NCBI GenBank assembly: GCA_009914755.4
Contig: CP086569.2
Location: 24,032,001 to 24,096,000 of the forward strand
DNA from: the human T2T-CHM13v2.0 reference genome, Homo sapiens
Length of the DNA stretch: 64,000 nucleotides
Direction: 5' to 3'
Part shown: piece after piece, positions 25,670 to 46,653 of the stretch
How the letters are laid out: every line of letters starts with the position of its first letter
Position numbering within the stretch: the stretch's first letter is position 1
The notes under the pieces: generated by a model
The model's database searches: none
Told to the model about the DNA's origin: nothing
What the model saw: the letters and a program-made list of their open reading frames with translations, nothing else
Made by a program: the position numbers and the translations under genes

Positions 25670-27236
25670 TAAAGCGAATGAGTGAAACATATACCTGCTC
25701 TTCTTTCTTGATTTTTTGTGTGGCACATATGCCTATAAATATTTTTAATGATTCTTTATATTGATGTGTTAACGTTTTGTTACTTTCTTTTTAACCCAAT
25801 TATAATCTCCCATGGGAGAAACAGTGCCTTTTTCTCTCTCAGGTTTTTGTATGCTTAAGCAATGGCTTCTCCAAATTATGACAAGTGTTCAGTTACTTGT
25901 CGATAGATTATTTAATCTAAGAAAGGTAGTCCTAATGTGGCTTTATCTAAGAAAGGTAGTATTAATTTGGCTTTAGAATAGCATGTATCTGATGAGAATC
26001 TGCATCTGGATGTACCAACCATAAAAAATTTCATAAAAGAAACAGAAATGTTTTGCTGTTAATTACTCTTAAATAAGAATAGGATTAAAAAGAGTATTAC
26101 CTCTATAACACCTGAGCTGCTTTCCCCCATATAACTAAAATATTTAAAAGCAGTTCTCCTCATGTGTCTGCCTGCTTTATTCTTCTCTAAGTTTAGCAGT
26201 TAATCCAGGTATTCTTTATTTGAAATGATTTCCAGATGCCTCTGCATATTAAATTGCTGACTTCCAGATATATTCTGGTTCTGGAATGGGTAGATTTCTG
26301 ATATGTTTTAGGTATCTGTAAATCCCGCAAGTTTCTGGCATGTAGTGTCTCTGATCCTTGTTAGTTTGCTATTTAAAGTAGATTTGACATATTCTGTCAC
26401 TTACTGGTGGTAAATAACGTTTATTTTCTTCTTAGTTCATTTTATTTATATCTTAGTTTAAAAGACATTTTCTTTGATGGAAAATAAAGTAACAGAATAG
26501 TAGTGAAGTAGTTATATTCAGTGTTTCTCATTTGTTGACATTTTCCCTGTACTTGAAACATGTACGGTATACCTCATCTTCTTTTTCCTTCTGTGAACAA
26601 TGGCTGGAATAAAAGCCCTACTTCTATCATTTACTGTGAGCCATTACTGAATCTGGGTGTATTGATGCATGCTGCTTACCTATATGTGTTGAAACAATAA
26701 GTATTTATTGAAACATATGAGACATTATACTGTCTCTTTTCCAGTATTGGATTCTATACTGCACTTAGTTTTTCAACATGAAGTACAGAAAACGCCGTAA
26801 ATTCTGCAGAACTACGTATTACCTTATAATATTGTCAAATACACATCAGTCTGGAAGCATTTTTACAGGGAAATAGCAAATGTATTAATTTAACTTACAT
26901 TGAACTCTGTCTTAATGCAGCCTTATCACCAGTGCAAGAAATAACTTCTGGGTGGGCATAAGTACACAATATAAGTAAGGTTAACTTTGCCTGGTGTCAT
27001 AGCCAGTTCTTTTGACATTTGTCTGTTCCCCCTCCACGCCCAACCATAGCACTTGACCGAGAATAATACGTTCTTCATAAATCAGTCAGTCACTTACAAT
27101 TCTACATTGTTGCAGATAGAAAAATAATTAGTATTTCGAAATTTTTCATAGTTTTGTTATATTGGGACTAATTCTTCCTAATTAAAAATAATGTTTTAAC
27201 GTATTAATTCATTCTTTCTGTATAATTTATTTTCAG

Positions 27237-27308
27237 GAATATCCTACTTATCCCGATTCAGCATTTCAGGTCACCACTGGATATCAGTTGCCTGTATATA
27301 ATTATCAG
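27237..27308 (+). CDS. DAZ: DAZ exon 7 copy b (EYPTYPDSAFQVTTGYQLPVYNYQ)
   Basis: ttattttcag|gaatatcct ... aattatcag|gtaatgtaag. Confidence 0.85.
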
Positions 27309-29626
27309 GTAATGTAAGAGGGAGTAAAATGATTTGCTTTCAGGTATTATTGGGGCCTTTAACTTTTTTAGACAAATTTCCTGAACAGTTGGTCATTTTA
27401 AACTAGTGAAGTGTACCTAAAATTTAAGGAAACACTTAGAATTAGTGTAGAATGAAGACATCTGTCTTATTTAGAAGTAATGAAGTAGTATTTTGAGAGG
27501 AATATACCTGGCAATAACATTTCTGTAGAAGAGATTTCTGAGATGTGGTGTTCTCTCCTTTACTTCTGGATGTAGTTTTCATCTTTACTGTGAAATAGCT
27601 GAATGAAACATCCAAACTGACTTTCATGAATTTTCTTAGGGAGATAGAGTGAAATAAATTTCTGCTGCACTTTTCAGAGCACAGAATCCCAATTACATTT
27701 TCATTTTAGCTGGCTGTTTGAAGATAGTAATTCTCTGGATCTCTTTTCATAGATACAAGTATATCTATGACCCATAATTATATCTATGGTAATAAACTGA
27801 AAGAGGTAGTATCTTGGAGGTTTCCACATTGCCAACTCCTGAAAATTTGGAGAAAGATGAAGTTTCAAATATAAAAGTAAGAAGAATGTCATGGACTAGA
27901 AACATGATGTACTTAAGTTTTCCTTTCTGTTACTTTTATTATAATAAAAAAGGAGACAGCAGGATAAGGACTTCAATATTGTGTTTCTCATGAGTTTTTG
28001 AAAATGTGTAGGAATACTTTAATAGTTTTGGTGTCCTTTTTTTTTTTTTTTTTTTTTTTTTAAGATGCCACCATAGGGGCCTGTTGGGGAGCAAAGGGAT
28101 TCCGTTCTTGACGTTAAGTGAATTAGCCAAACATAGACTTCCTGTTCATTCTTGATTTTTTTCCATGTCCTATATGCCTATAAATATTTTTAAGTGATTC
28201 TTTATATTAATTTTTTTGTCGTTGTTACTTTCTTGTTAACCCGATTATGAACTCCCATGGGAGCAAGAGTGCCTTTTTTGCCCTCAGGTTTTTATGTGCC
28301 TAAGCAATGGCAGGTCCACATAATGATAGACTATATAATCACAGAAAAGTAGTATTCACTTGACTTTAGAATTATCACGTATCTGCCAATAATCAGCCTC
28401 TGGCTTTACCAGCAATAGAAAATTTATAGAAGAGAAACAGAATTGCTTTGCTGTTAATGACGCTTAAATAAGAACAGGAGTGAACGAGAGTATTACCTCC
28501 AAATCACCGGAGCTGCTTTCCCCCTTATAAGCAGTTCCTAAAGTGAATGAAAGCAGCTCTCCTTATGTGTCTGCCTACTTTATTCTTCGGTAAGTTTAGC
28601 AGTTCATCTAGCTATCCTTTATTTGAAATGATTTCCAGATGCCTCCTCATATAAATTGCTGACTTCTGGATATTTCCTGGTTCTGGAATGGGTAGATTTC
28701 TGATGTGGTTTAGTATATATATGTAAACCCCGTGAGCTTCTGGCATCTAATTTCTCTGATCCTGGTTACATTGATATTTAAAGTAGGGTTTGACATACTC
28801 TGTCACCTACTGTTGATAAATAACGTTTATATTCTTCTTAGTTCATTTTATTGACGTGTTAGCTTTAAAGACATTTTCTTTGACGGAAAATGAAGTAACA
28901 AAATAATAGTGAAATAGTTATGCAGTGTCTCTAATTTGTTGATATTTTGCATGTACTTGAAACTTGTATGGTATACCTCTTCTTTTTCCTTCTCTGAACA
29001 ATGGCTAGAAAAAAAGTCCTACTTTTTTCTGTCATTTACTGTGAGGCATCACTGATTCTGGGTGTATTCATGTATGCTGCTACCTGTATGTTTTCAAACA
29101 ATAAGAATTTATTGAAACATGTAAGACATTATACTTTCTCTTCTCCAGTATTGGATCATAGACTGCACTTAGTTTTTTGTAATGAAGTACAGACAAAGCC
29201 ATAACATCTGTCGAACTACATATTACCCTATAATATTGTCTGATACAAAACAGTCTGGAAATATTCTTACAGAGAAATTGCAAATGTATTAATTTAACTT
29301 ACCTTGCAATCTCTCTTAATGGAGCCTTACCACCAGTGTAAGAAATAACGTCTGGGTGTGAATAAGTACACAGTATAAGGTAAACTTTGGTGAAGTAGTC
29401 AATTCTTTTGTCATTTGTTCCCCCTTCACACCCATAGTGTAGCACTTGACCTAGAATCTTTCTTTCTTCATAAAGTCAGTCATTCATTTGGAATTCTGCA
29501 TTGTTGTACGTAGAAAAAGGATATTTTACCTTTTGTAATATTTTTGTTATATTGGGAATTATATTTCTTTGTAATTTTAAAAAGTGGTTTACCATATTCA
29601 TTTTTTTCTGCAACCTTTCTTTTCAG

Positions 29627-29698
29627 CCATTTCCTGCTTATCCAAGATCACCATTTCAGGTCACTGCTGGATATCAGTTGCCTGTATATAATTATCAG
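29627..29698 (+). CDS. DAZ: DAZ exon 7 copy c (PFPAYPRSPFQVTAGYQLPVYNYQ)
   Basis: ctttcttttcag|ccatttcct ... aattatcag|gtaatgtaag. Confidence 0.85.
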
Positions 29699-32022
29699 GT
29701 AATGTAAGAAGGAGTAAAATGATTTACTTTCAGGTATTACTGAGGCATTCAACTTGTTTATACAAATTTCCTGAATAGTTGGTCATTTTAAATTAGTGAA
29801 GTGTACCTAAAATTTAAGGAAACACGTAGAAGTAGTGTAGAATGAAGACCTCTGTCTTATTTAGAAGTAATGAAGTAGTATTTTGAGAGGAATATACTTG
29901 GCAATAACTTTTCTGTAGAAGAGATTTCTGAGATGTGGTGTTCTCTTCTTTATTTCTGGATGCAGTTTTCATCTTTACTGTGAAATAGCTGAATGAAACA
30001 TCCAAACTGACTTTCATGAATTTTCTTAGGGAGATAGAGTGAAATAAATTTATGCTGCACTTTTCAGAGCACAGAATCCCAATTACATTTTCATTTTAGC
30101 TGGCTGTTTGAAGATAGTAATGCTCTGGATCTCTTTTCATAGATACAAGTATATCTATGACCCATAATTACATCTATGGTAAGAAACTGAAAGAGGTAGT
30201 ATCTTTGAGGTTTCCACCTTGCCAACTCCCGAAAATTTGGAGAAAGGTGAAGTTTCCAATATAAAAGTAACAAGAATGTCATGGACTAGAAACATAAAGT
30301 ACTTAAGTTTTCCTTTCTGTTACTTTTATTATAATGAAAAAGGAGACAGCCGGATAAGTACTTCAATGTTGTATTTCTCATGTGTTTTTGAAAATGTGTA
30401 GGAATACATATAATACTTTCGGTGTCCTTTTTTTTTCTTTCTTTTTCTTTCTTTTTTTTTTTTAAGATGCCACCATAAGGTCCTGTTGGGGAGCAAAGGA
30501 TTATGTTGTCCTTGACGTTAAGTGAATTAGCCAAACATAGATTTCCTGTTCATTCTTGATTTTTTTCCATGTCATATATGCCTATAAATATTTTTAAGTG
30601 ATTCTTTATATTAATTTTTTTGTTGTTGTTACTTTCTTGTTAACCCGATTATAAACTCCCATGGGAGCAAGAGTGCCTTTTTTGCCCTCAGGTTTTTATG
30701 TGGTTAAGCAATGGCAGGTCCATATAATGACAGACTATATAATCAAAGAAAGGTAGTGTTCATGTGACTTTACAATTAGCATGTATCTGCATAGAATCTG
30801 CCTCTGGCTTTACCAGCAATAGAATATTTATAGAAGAGAAACAGAAATGCTTTGCTGTTAATGACGCTTAAATGAGAATAGGAGTAAACGAGAGTATTAC
30901 CGCCAAATCACCGGAGCTGCTTTCCCCCTTATAACCAGTTCCTAAAGTGAATGAAAGCAGCTCCCCTTATGTGTCTGCCTACTTTATTCTTTGGTAAGTT
31001 TAGCAGTTCATCTAGCTATTCTTTATTTGAAATGATTTCCGGATGCCTCCTCATATAAATTGCTGACTTCTGGAAATATTCTTCTTCTGGAATGGGTAGA
31101 TTTCTGATGTGGTTTAGTATATATATAAACCCCGTGAGCTTCTGGCGTCTAATTTCTCTGATTCTGGTTACACTGATATTTAAAGTAGGGTTTGACATAC
31201 TCCATCACTTAATGTTGATAACTAACCTTTATATTCTTCTTAGTTCGTTTTATTTATGTGTTAGCTTAAAAGACATTTTCTTTGATGGAAAATGAAGTAA
31301 CAAAATAATAGTGAAATAGTTCTGCGGTTGTCTCTAATTTCGTGATATTTTCCATGTACTTGAAACATGTATGGTATACCTCTTCTTTTTCCTTCTCTGA
31401 ACAATGGCTAGAAAAAAAGCCTTACTTGTTTCTGTCATTTACTGTGAGCGATTACTGAATCTGGGTGTATTCATGTATGCTGCTACCTGTATGTTTTCAG
31501 ATAATAAAAATTTTTTGAAACATATAAGACATTATACTTTCTCTTGTCCAGTATTGGATTATAGACTGCACTTAGTTTTTCGTAGTGAAGTACAGACAAA
31601 GCCATAACATCTGTCAAACTATATATTGTCCTATAATATTGTCTGATACAAAACAGTCTAGAAATATTCTGACAGGGAAATAGCAAATGTATTAATTTAA
31701 CTTACCTTGCAATCTCTCTTAATGGAGCCTTACCACCAGTGTAAGAAATAACTTCTGGGTGTGAATAAGTACACAGTATAAGGTAAACTTTGGTGAAATA
31801 GTCAATTCTTTTGTCATTAGTTCCCCCTTCACTCCCAAAGTGTAGCACTTGTCATAGAATCTTTCTTTCTTCATAAAGTCAGTCATTCATTTAGAATTCT
31901 GCATTATTGTATGTAGAAAAACAATATTTTACCTATGTTTGTTATATTCAGAATTATATTTCTTTCTAATTTTAAAAAAATGGTTTACCGTATTCATTTT
32001 TTTCTGGAACCTTTCTTTTCAG

Positions 32023-32094
32023 GCATTTCCTGCTTATCCAAATTCACCATTTCAAGTCGCCACTGGATATCAGTTCCCTGTATACAATTATCAG
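32023..32094 (+). CDS. DAZ: DAZ exon 7 copy d (AFPAYPNSPFQVATGYQFPVYNYQ)
   Basis: ctttcttttcag|gcatttcct ... aattatcag|gtaatgtcag. Confidence 0.85.
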
Positions 32095-34190
32095 GTAATG
32101 TCAGAGGGAGTAAAATGATTTGCTTTTAGGTATTATTGAGGCCTTTAACTTGTTCATACAAATTTCCTGAATAGTTGCTCATTTTAAACTAGTGAATTGT
32201 ACCTAAAATTTAAGGAAACACTTAGTGTAGAATGAAGACCTCTGTGTTATTTAGAATAATGAGGTAGTATTTTGACAGGAATATACTTGGCAATAACTTT
32301 TCTGTAGAACAGATTTCTGAGATTTGGTGTTCTCTTCTTCATTTCTGGATGTAGTTTTCATCTTTACTGTCAAATAGCTAAATGAAACGTCCAAAGTGTC
32401 TTTCATGAATTTTCTTAGGGAGATAGACTGAAATAAAATTATGCTGCACTTTTCAGAGCACAGAATCCCAATTACATTTTCATTTTAGCTGGCTGTTTGA
32501 CGATAGTAATGCTCTGGATCTCTTTTCATAGATACAAGTGTATCTGTGACCCATAATTATATCTACGGTAATAAACTGAAAGAGCTAGTATCTTTGAGGT
32601 TTCCACATTGCGAAATCCCGAAAATGTGGAGAAAGCTGAAGTTTCCAATGTAAAAGTAACAAGAATGTCATGGACTAGAAACATAAAGTATTTGAGTTTT
32701 CCTTTCTGTTACTTTTATTACAATAAAAAAGGAGACAGCAGGATAAGTACTTTAATATTGTGTTTCTCATGTGTTTTTGAAAATGTGTAGTAATACTTCA
32801 ATAGTTTTGGTTTCCTTTTATTTATTGATTGATTTTTTAAGATTCCACCTTAGGGGCCTGTTGGGTAGCAAAGGGATTATGTTGTCCTTGACGTTAAGGG
32901 AATTAGCCAAACATAGACTTCCTGTTCATTCTTGATTTTTTTCCATGTCATATATGCCTACAAATATTTTTAAGTGACTTTTTATGTTAATGTTTTTTTT
33001 GTTGTTGTTTCCTTCTTGTTAACCCGATTATAAACTCCCATGGCAGCAACAGTGCCTTTTTTGTCCTCAGGTTTTTATGTGCTTAAGCAATGGCAGGTCT
33101 ACATAATGATAGACTATATAATCAAAGAAAGGGAGTATTCACGTGACTTTAGAATTAGCATGTGTCTGCACAGAATATGCCTCTGGCTTTACCAGCAGTA
33201 GAAAATTTATAGAAGAGAAACAGAAATGCTTTGCTGTTAATGACGCCTAAATAAGAATAGGAGTAAAGGAGAGTATTACCTCCAACTCACCGGAGCTGCT
33301 TTCCCCCTTATAAGCAGTTCCTAAAGTGAATGAAAGCAGCTCTCCTTATGTGTCTGCCTACTTTATTCTTCGGTAAGTTTAGCAGTTTATCTAGCTATCC
33401 TTTATTTGAAATGATTGCCACATGCCTCCTCATATAAATGGCTGACTTCTGGATATATTCTGGTTCTGGAATGGGCAGATTTCTGACGTGGTTTAGTATA
33501 TATATATAAACCCGGTGAGTTTCTGGCATGTAATTTCTCTGATCGTGGTTACATTGATATTTAAAGTAGGGTTTGACATAGTGTGTCACTTACTGTTGAT
33601 AAATATCGTTTATTTTCTTCTTAGTTCATTTCATTGATGTGTTAGCTTAAAAGACATTTTCTTTGACAGAAAATGAAGTAATGAAATAATAGTGAAATCG
33701 TTCTGCTGTGTCTCTAATTTGTTGATATTTTCCATGTACTTGAAACATGTATGGTATACCTCTTCTTTTTCCTTCTCTGAACCATGGCTAGAAAAAAAGC
33801 CCTACTTGTTTCTCTCGTTTACTGTGAGGCATTAGTGATTCTGGGTGTATTCATGTATGCTGCTACCTGTATGTTTTCAAACAATAAGAATTTGTTGAAA
33901 CATGTCAGACATTATACTTTTTATTCTCCAGTATTGGAATATAGACTGCAATTAGTTTTTTGGAATGAAATACAGACAAAGCCATAACATCTATAGAACT
34001 ACATATTACCCTACAATATTGTCTGATACAAAACAGTCTGGAAATATTCTTACAGCGAAATTGCAAATGTATTGATTTACCTTACATTGCAATCTGTCTT
34101 AGTGGAACCTTATCACCAGTGTAAGACATAATTTCTGGGTGTGAATAAGTACACAGTATAAGGTAAACTTTGGTGAAGTAGTCAATTCTT

Positions 34191-40233
<6,043 letters not shown>

Positions 40234-41811
40234 TTTTTTTTTCAAGATGCCACCATAGGGGCCTGTTGGGGAGCAAAGGGATTATGTTTTCCTTGATGTT
40301 AAGTGAATTAGCCAAACATAGACTTCCTGTTCATTCTTGGTTTTTTTCCACGTCGTATATGCCTATTACTATTTTTAAGTGATTTTTATATCAATGTTTT
40401 AGTTTACTTTTTTACTTTCTTGTTAACCCGATTATAAACTCCCATGGGAGCAACAGTGCCTTTTTTGCCCTGAGGTTTTTATTTGCTTAAGCAATGGCAG
40501 GTCCACTTAATGATAGACCATATCATCAAAGAAAGGTAGTATTCATGTGGCTTTTGAATTAGCATGCATCTGCGTAGATTCTGCCTCTGGCTTTACCAGC
40601 AACAGAAAATTTGTAGAACAGAGACAGAAATGCTTTGCTGTTAATTGCGCTTAAATAAGAATAGGAGTAAACGAGAGTATTACCTCCAAAGCACCAGAGC
40701 TGCTTTCCTCCTTATAACCAGTTCCTAAAGTGAATGAAAGCAGCTCTCCTTATGTGTCTGCCTACTTCATTCTTCGGTAAGTTTAACAGTTCATCTAGCT
40801 ACCCTTTATTTGAAATGATTTCCAGATGCCTCCTCATATAAATTGCTGACTTCTGGATATATTCTGGTTCGGGAATGGGTAGATTTCTGATGTGGTTTAG
40901 TAGGTATATAAATCCCGTGAGCTTCTTGCATCTAATTTCTCTGATCCTGCTTACACTGATATTTAAAGTAGGTTTTGACATACTCCATCACTTAATGTTG
41001 ATAAAGGACGTTTATATTCTTCTTAGTTCGTTTTATTTATGTGTTAGCTTTAAAGACATTTTCTTTGACGGAAAGTGAAGTAACAAAATAATAGTCGAAT
41101 AGTTCTGCCGTGTCTCTAATTTGTTGATATTTTCCATGTACTTGAAACATGTATGGTACACCTCTTCTTTTTCCTTCTCTGAACAATGGCTAGAAAAAAA
41201 ACCCTACTTCTTTCTGTCATTTACTGTGAGGCATTACTGAATCTGGGTGTATTCATGTATGCTGCTACCTGTATGTTTTCAAACAATAAGAATTCATTGA
41301 AACATATAAGACATTATACTTTCTCTTCTCCAGTATTGGATTATAGACTGCACTTAGTTTTCCGGAATGAAGTACAGACAAAGCCATAACGCGTGTACAA
41401 ATACACATTGTCCTATAATATTGTCTGATAAAAAACAGTGTAGAAATATTCTGACAGGGAAATAGCAAATGTATTAATTTAACTTACCTTGCAATCTCTG
41501 TTAATGGAGCCTTATCACCAGTGTAAGAAATAACGTCTGGGTGTGAATACGTACACAGTATAAGGTAAACTTTGGTGAAGTCGTCAATTCTTTTGTCATT
41601 TCTTCCCCCTTCACAGCCAAAGTGTAGCACTTGACATGGAATCTTTCTTTCTTCATAAATCAGTCATTCATTTGGAATTCTGCATTGTTGTATGTAGAAA
41701 AACGATATTTTCCCTTCTGTAATATTGTTGTTATATTGGGAATTATATTTCTTTGTAATTTTAAAAAGTGGTTTACCATATTCATTTTTTTCTGCCAACC
41801 TTTCTTTTCAG

Positions 41812-41883
41812 GCATTTCCTGCTTATCCAAGTTCACCATTTCAGGTCACCACTGGATATCAGTTGCCTGTATATAATTATCAG
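41812..41883 (+). CDS. DAZ: DAZ exon 7 copy e1 (AFPAYPSSPFQVTTGYQLPVYNYQ)
   Basis: tttcttttcag|gcatttcctgcttatccaagttcacc ... aattatcag|gtaatgtaag. Confidence 0.85.
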
Positions 41884-44196
41884 GTAATGTAAGAAGGAGT
41901 AAAATTATTTGCTTTCAGGTATTATTGAGGCCTTTAACTTGTTTATACAAATTTCCGGAATAGTTGGTCATTTTAAACTAGTGAAGTGTACCTAAAATTT
42001 AAGGAAACACTTAGAATTAGTGTAGAATGAAGACCTCTGTCTTATTGAGAAGTAATGAAGTCGAATTTTGACAGGAATATACTTGGGAATAACTTTCCTG
42101 TAGAACAGATTTCTGAGATTTGGTGTCCCATTCTTCATTTCTGGATGTAGTTTTCATCTTTACTGTCAAATAACTGAATGAAACATCCAAACTGACTTTC
42201 ATGAATTTTCTTAGGGAGATAGAGTGAAATAAAATTATGACCCACTTTTCAGAGCACAGAATTCCAACTATATTTTCATTTTAGCTGGCTGTTTCACGAT
42301 AGCAATTCTCTGGGTCTCTTTTCACAGATACAAGTACATCTATGCCCAATAATTATATCTATGGTAATAAACTGAAAGAGCTAGTATCTTTGAGGTTTCC
42401 ACATTGCCAACTCCCGAAAATGTGGAGAAGGGTGAAGTTTCTAATATAAAAGTAAGAAGAATGTCATGGAGTAGAAACATAAAGTACTCAAGTTTTCCTT
42501 TCTGTTACTTGTATTATAATAAAAAAGGAGACAGCAGGATAAGTGCTTCAATATTGTGTTTCTCATGTGTTTTTGAAAATGTGTAGGAATATTTTAATAG
42601 TTTTGGTTTCCTTTTTTTTTTTTTTTTTAAGATGCCACCATAGGGGCCTGTTGGGGAGCAAAGGGATTATGTTTTCCTTGATGTTAAGTGAATTAGCCAA
42701 ACATAGACTTCCTGTTCATTCTTGGTTTTTTTCCATGTCGTATATGCCTATTACTATTTTTAAGTGATTTTTATATCAATGTTTTAGTTTATTTTTTTAC
42801 TTTCTTGTTAACCCGATTATAAACTCCCATGGGAGCAACAGTGCCTTTTTTGCCCTGAGGTTTTTATTTGCTTAAGCAATGGCAGGTCCACTTAATGATA
42901 GACCATATCATCAAAGAAAGGTAGTATTCATGTGGCTTTTGAATTAGCATGCATCTGCGTAGATTCTGCCTCTGGCTTTACCAGCAACAGAAAATTTGTA
43001 GAACAGAGACAGAAATGCTTTGCTGTTAATTGCGCTTAAATAAGAATAGGAGTAAACGAGAGTATTACCTCCAAAGCACCAGAGCTGCTTTCCTCCTTAT
43101 AACCAGTTCCTAAAGTGAATGAAAGCAGCTCTCCTTATGTGTCTGCCTACTTCATTCTTCGGTAAGTTTAACAGTTCATCTAGCTACCCTTTATTTGAAA
43201 TGATTTCCAGATGCCTCCTCATATAAATTGCTGACTTCTGGATATATTCTGGTTCGGGAATGGGTAGATTTCTGATGTGGTTTAGTAGGTATATAAATCC
43301 CGTGAGCTTCTTGCATCTAATTTCTCTGATCCTGCTTACACTGATATTTAAAGTAGGTTTTGACATACTCCATCACTTAATGTTGATAAAGGATGTTTAT
43401 ATTCTTCTTAGTTCGTTTTATTTATGTGTTAGCTTTAAAGACATTTTCTTTGACGGAAAGTGAAGTAACAAAATAATAGTCGAATAGTTCTGCCGTGTCT
43501 CTAATTTGTTGATATTTTCCATGTACTTGAAACATGTATGGTACACCTCTTCTTTTTCCTTCTCTGAACAATGGCTAGAAAAAAAACCCTACTTCTTTCT
43601 GTCATTTACTGTGAGGCATTACTGAATCTGGGTGTATTCATGTATGCTGCTACCTGTATGTTTTCAAACAATAAGAATTTATTGAAACATATAAGACATT
43701 ATACTTTCTCTTCTCCAGTATTGGATTATAGACTGCACTTAGTTTTCCGGAATGAAGTACAGACAAAGCCATAACGCATGTACAACTACACATTGTCCTA
43801 TAATATTGTCTGATAAAAAACAGTGTAGAAATATTCTGACAGGGAAATAGCAAATGTATTAATTTAACTTACCTTGCAATCTCTGTTAATGGAGCCTTAT
43901 CACCAGTGTAAGAAATAACGTCTGGGTGTGAATACGTACACAGTATAAGGTAAACTTTGGTGAAGTCGTCAATTCTTTTGTCATTTCTTCCCCCTTCACA
44001 GCCAAAGTGTAGCACTTGACATGGAATCTTTCTTTCTTCATAAATCAGTCATTCATTTGGAATTCTGCATTGTTGTATGTAGAAAAACGATATTTTCCCT
44101 TCTGTAATATTGTTGTTATATTGGGAATTATATTTCTTTGTAATTTTAAAAAGTGGTTTACCATATTCATTTTTTTCTGCCAACCTTTCTTTTCAG

Positions 44197-44268
44197 GCAT
44201 TTCCTGCTTATCCAAGTTCACCATTTCAGGTCACCACTGGATATCAGTTGCCTGTATATAATTATCAG
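44197..44268 (+). CDS. DAZ: DAZ exon 7 copy e2 (AFPAYPSSPFQVTTGYQLPVYNYQ)
   Basis: Same sequence and splice sites as e1, 2385 bp downstream. Confidence 0.85.
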
Positions 44269-46581
44269 GTAATGTAAGAAGGAGTAAAATTATTTGCTTT
44301 CAGGTATTATTGAGGCCTTTAACTTGTTTATACAAATTTCCGGAATAGTTGGTCATTTTAAACTAGTGAAGTGTACCTAAAATTTAAGGAAACATTTAGA
44401 ATTAGTGTAGAATGAAGACCTCTGTCTTATTGAGAAGTAATGAAGTCGAATTTTGACAGGAATATACTTGGGAATAACTTTCCTGTAGAACAGATTTCTG
44501 AGATTTGGTGTCCCATTCTTCATTTCTGGATGTAGTTTTCATCTTTACTGTCAAATAACTGAATGAAACATCCAAACTGACTTTCATGAATTTTCTTAGG
44601 GAGATAGAGTGAAATAAAATTATGACCCACTTTGCAGAGCACAGAATTCCAACTATATTTTCATTTTAGCTGGCTGTTTCACGATAGCAATTCTCTGGGT
44701 CTCTTTTCACAGATACAAGTACATCTATGCGCAATAATTATATCTATGGTAATAAACTGAAAGAGCTAGTATCTTTGAGGTTTCCACATTGCCAACTCCC
44801 GAAAATGTGGAGAAGGGTGAAGTTTCTAATATAAAAGTAAGAAGAATGTCATGGAGTAGAAACATAAAGTACTCAAGTTTTCCTTTCTGTTACTTGTATT
44901 ATAATAAAAAAGGAGACAGCAGGATAAGTGCTTCAATATTGTGTTTCTCATGTGTTTTTGAAAATGTGTAGGAATATTTTAATAGTTTTGGTTTCCTTTC
45001 TTTTTTTTTTTTTAAGATGCCACCATAGGGGCCTGTTGGGGAGCAAAGGGATTATGTTTTCCTTGATGTTAAGTGAATTAGCCAAACATAGACTTCCTGT
45101 TCATTCTTGGTTTTTTTCCACGTCGTATATGCCTATTACTATTTTTAAGTGATTTTTATATCAATGTTTTAGTTTATTTTTTTACTTTCTTGTTAACCCG
45201 ATTATAAACTCCCATGGGAGCAACAGTGCCTTTTTTGCCCTGAGGTTTTTATTTGCTTAAGCAATGGCAGGTCCACTTAATGATAGACCATATCATCAAA
45301 GAAAGGTAGTATTCATGTGGCTTTTGAATTAGCATGCATCTGCGTAGATTCTGCCTCTGGCTTTACCAGCAACAGAAAATTTGTAGAACAGAGACAGAAA
45401 TGCTTTGCTGTTAATTGCGCTTAAATAAGAATAGGAGTAAACGAGAGTATTACCTCCAAAGCACCAGAGCTGCTTTCCTCCTTATAACCAGTTCCTAAAG
45501 TGAATGAAAGCAGCTCTCCTTATGTGTCTGCCTACTTCATTCTTCGGTAAGTTTAACAGTTCATCTAGCTACCCTTTATTTGAAATGATTTCCAGATGCC
45601 TCCTCATATAAATTGCTGACTTCTGGATATATTCTGGTTCGGGAATGGGTAGATTTCTGATGTGGTTTAGTAGGTATATAAATCCCGTGAGCTTCTTGCA
45701 TCTAATTTCTCTGATCCTGCTTACACTGATATTTAAAGTAGGTTTTGACATACTCCATCACTTAATGTTGATAAAGGACGTTTATATTCTTCTTAGTTCG
45801 TTTTATTTATGTGTTAGCTTTAAAGACATTTTCTTTGACGGAAAGTGAAGTAACAAAATAATAGTCGAATAGTTCTGCCGTGTCTCTAATTTGTTGATAT
45901 TTTCCATGTACTTGAAACATGTATGGTACACCTCTTCTTTTTCCTTCTCTGAACAATGGCTAGAAAAAAAACCCTACTTCTTTCTGTCATTTACTGTGAG
46001 GCATTACTGAATCTGGGTGTATTCATGTATGCTGCTACCTGTATGTTTTCAAACAATAAGAATTCATTGAAACATATAAGACATTATACTTTCTCTTCTC
46101 CAGTATTGGATTATAGACTGCACTTAGTTTTCCGGAATGAAGTACAGACAAAGCCATAACGCGTGTACAACTACACATTGTCCTATAATATTGTCTGATA
46201 AAAAACAGTGTAGAAATATTCTGACAGGGAAATAGCAAATGTATTAATTTAACTTACCTTGCAATCTCTCTTAATGGAGCCTTATCACCAGTGTAAGAAA
46301 TAACGTCTGGGTGTGAATACGTACACAGTATAAGGTAAACTTTGGTGAAGTCGTCAATTCTTTTGTCATTGCTTCCCCCTTCACACCCAAAGTGTAGCAC
46401 TTGACATGGAATCTTTCTTTCTTCATAAATCAGTCATTCATTTGGAATTCTGCATTGTTGTATGTAGAAAAACGATATTTTCCCTTCTGTAATATTGTTG
46501 TTATATTGGGAATTATATTTCTTTGTAATTTTAAAAAGTGGTTTACCATATTCATTTTTTTCTGCCAACCTTTCTTTTCAG

Positions 46582-46653
46582 GCATTTCCTGCTTATCCAA
46601 GTTCACCATTTCAGGTCACCACTGGATATCAGTTGCCTGTATATAATTATCAG
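46582..46653 (+). CDS. DAZ: DAZ exon 7 copy e3
   Basis: Identical to e1; AG/GT intact. Confidence 0.85.
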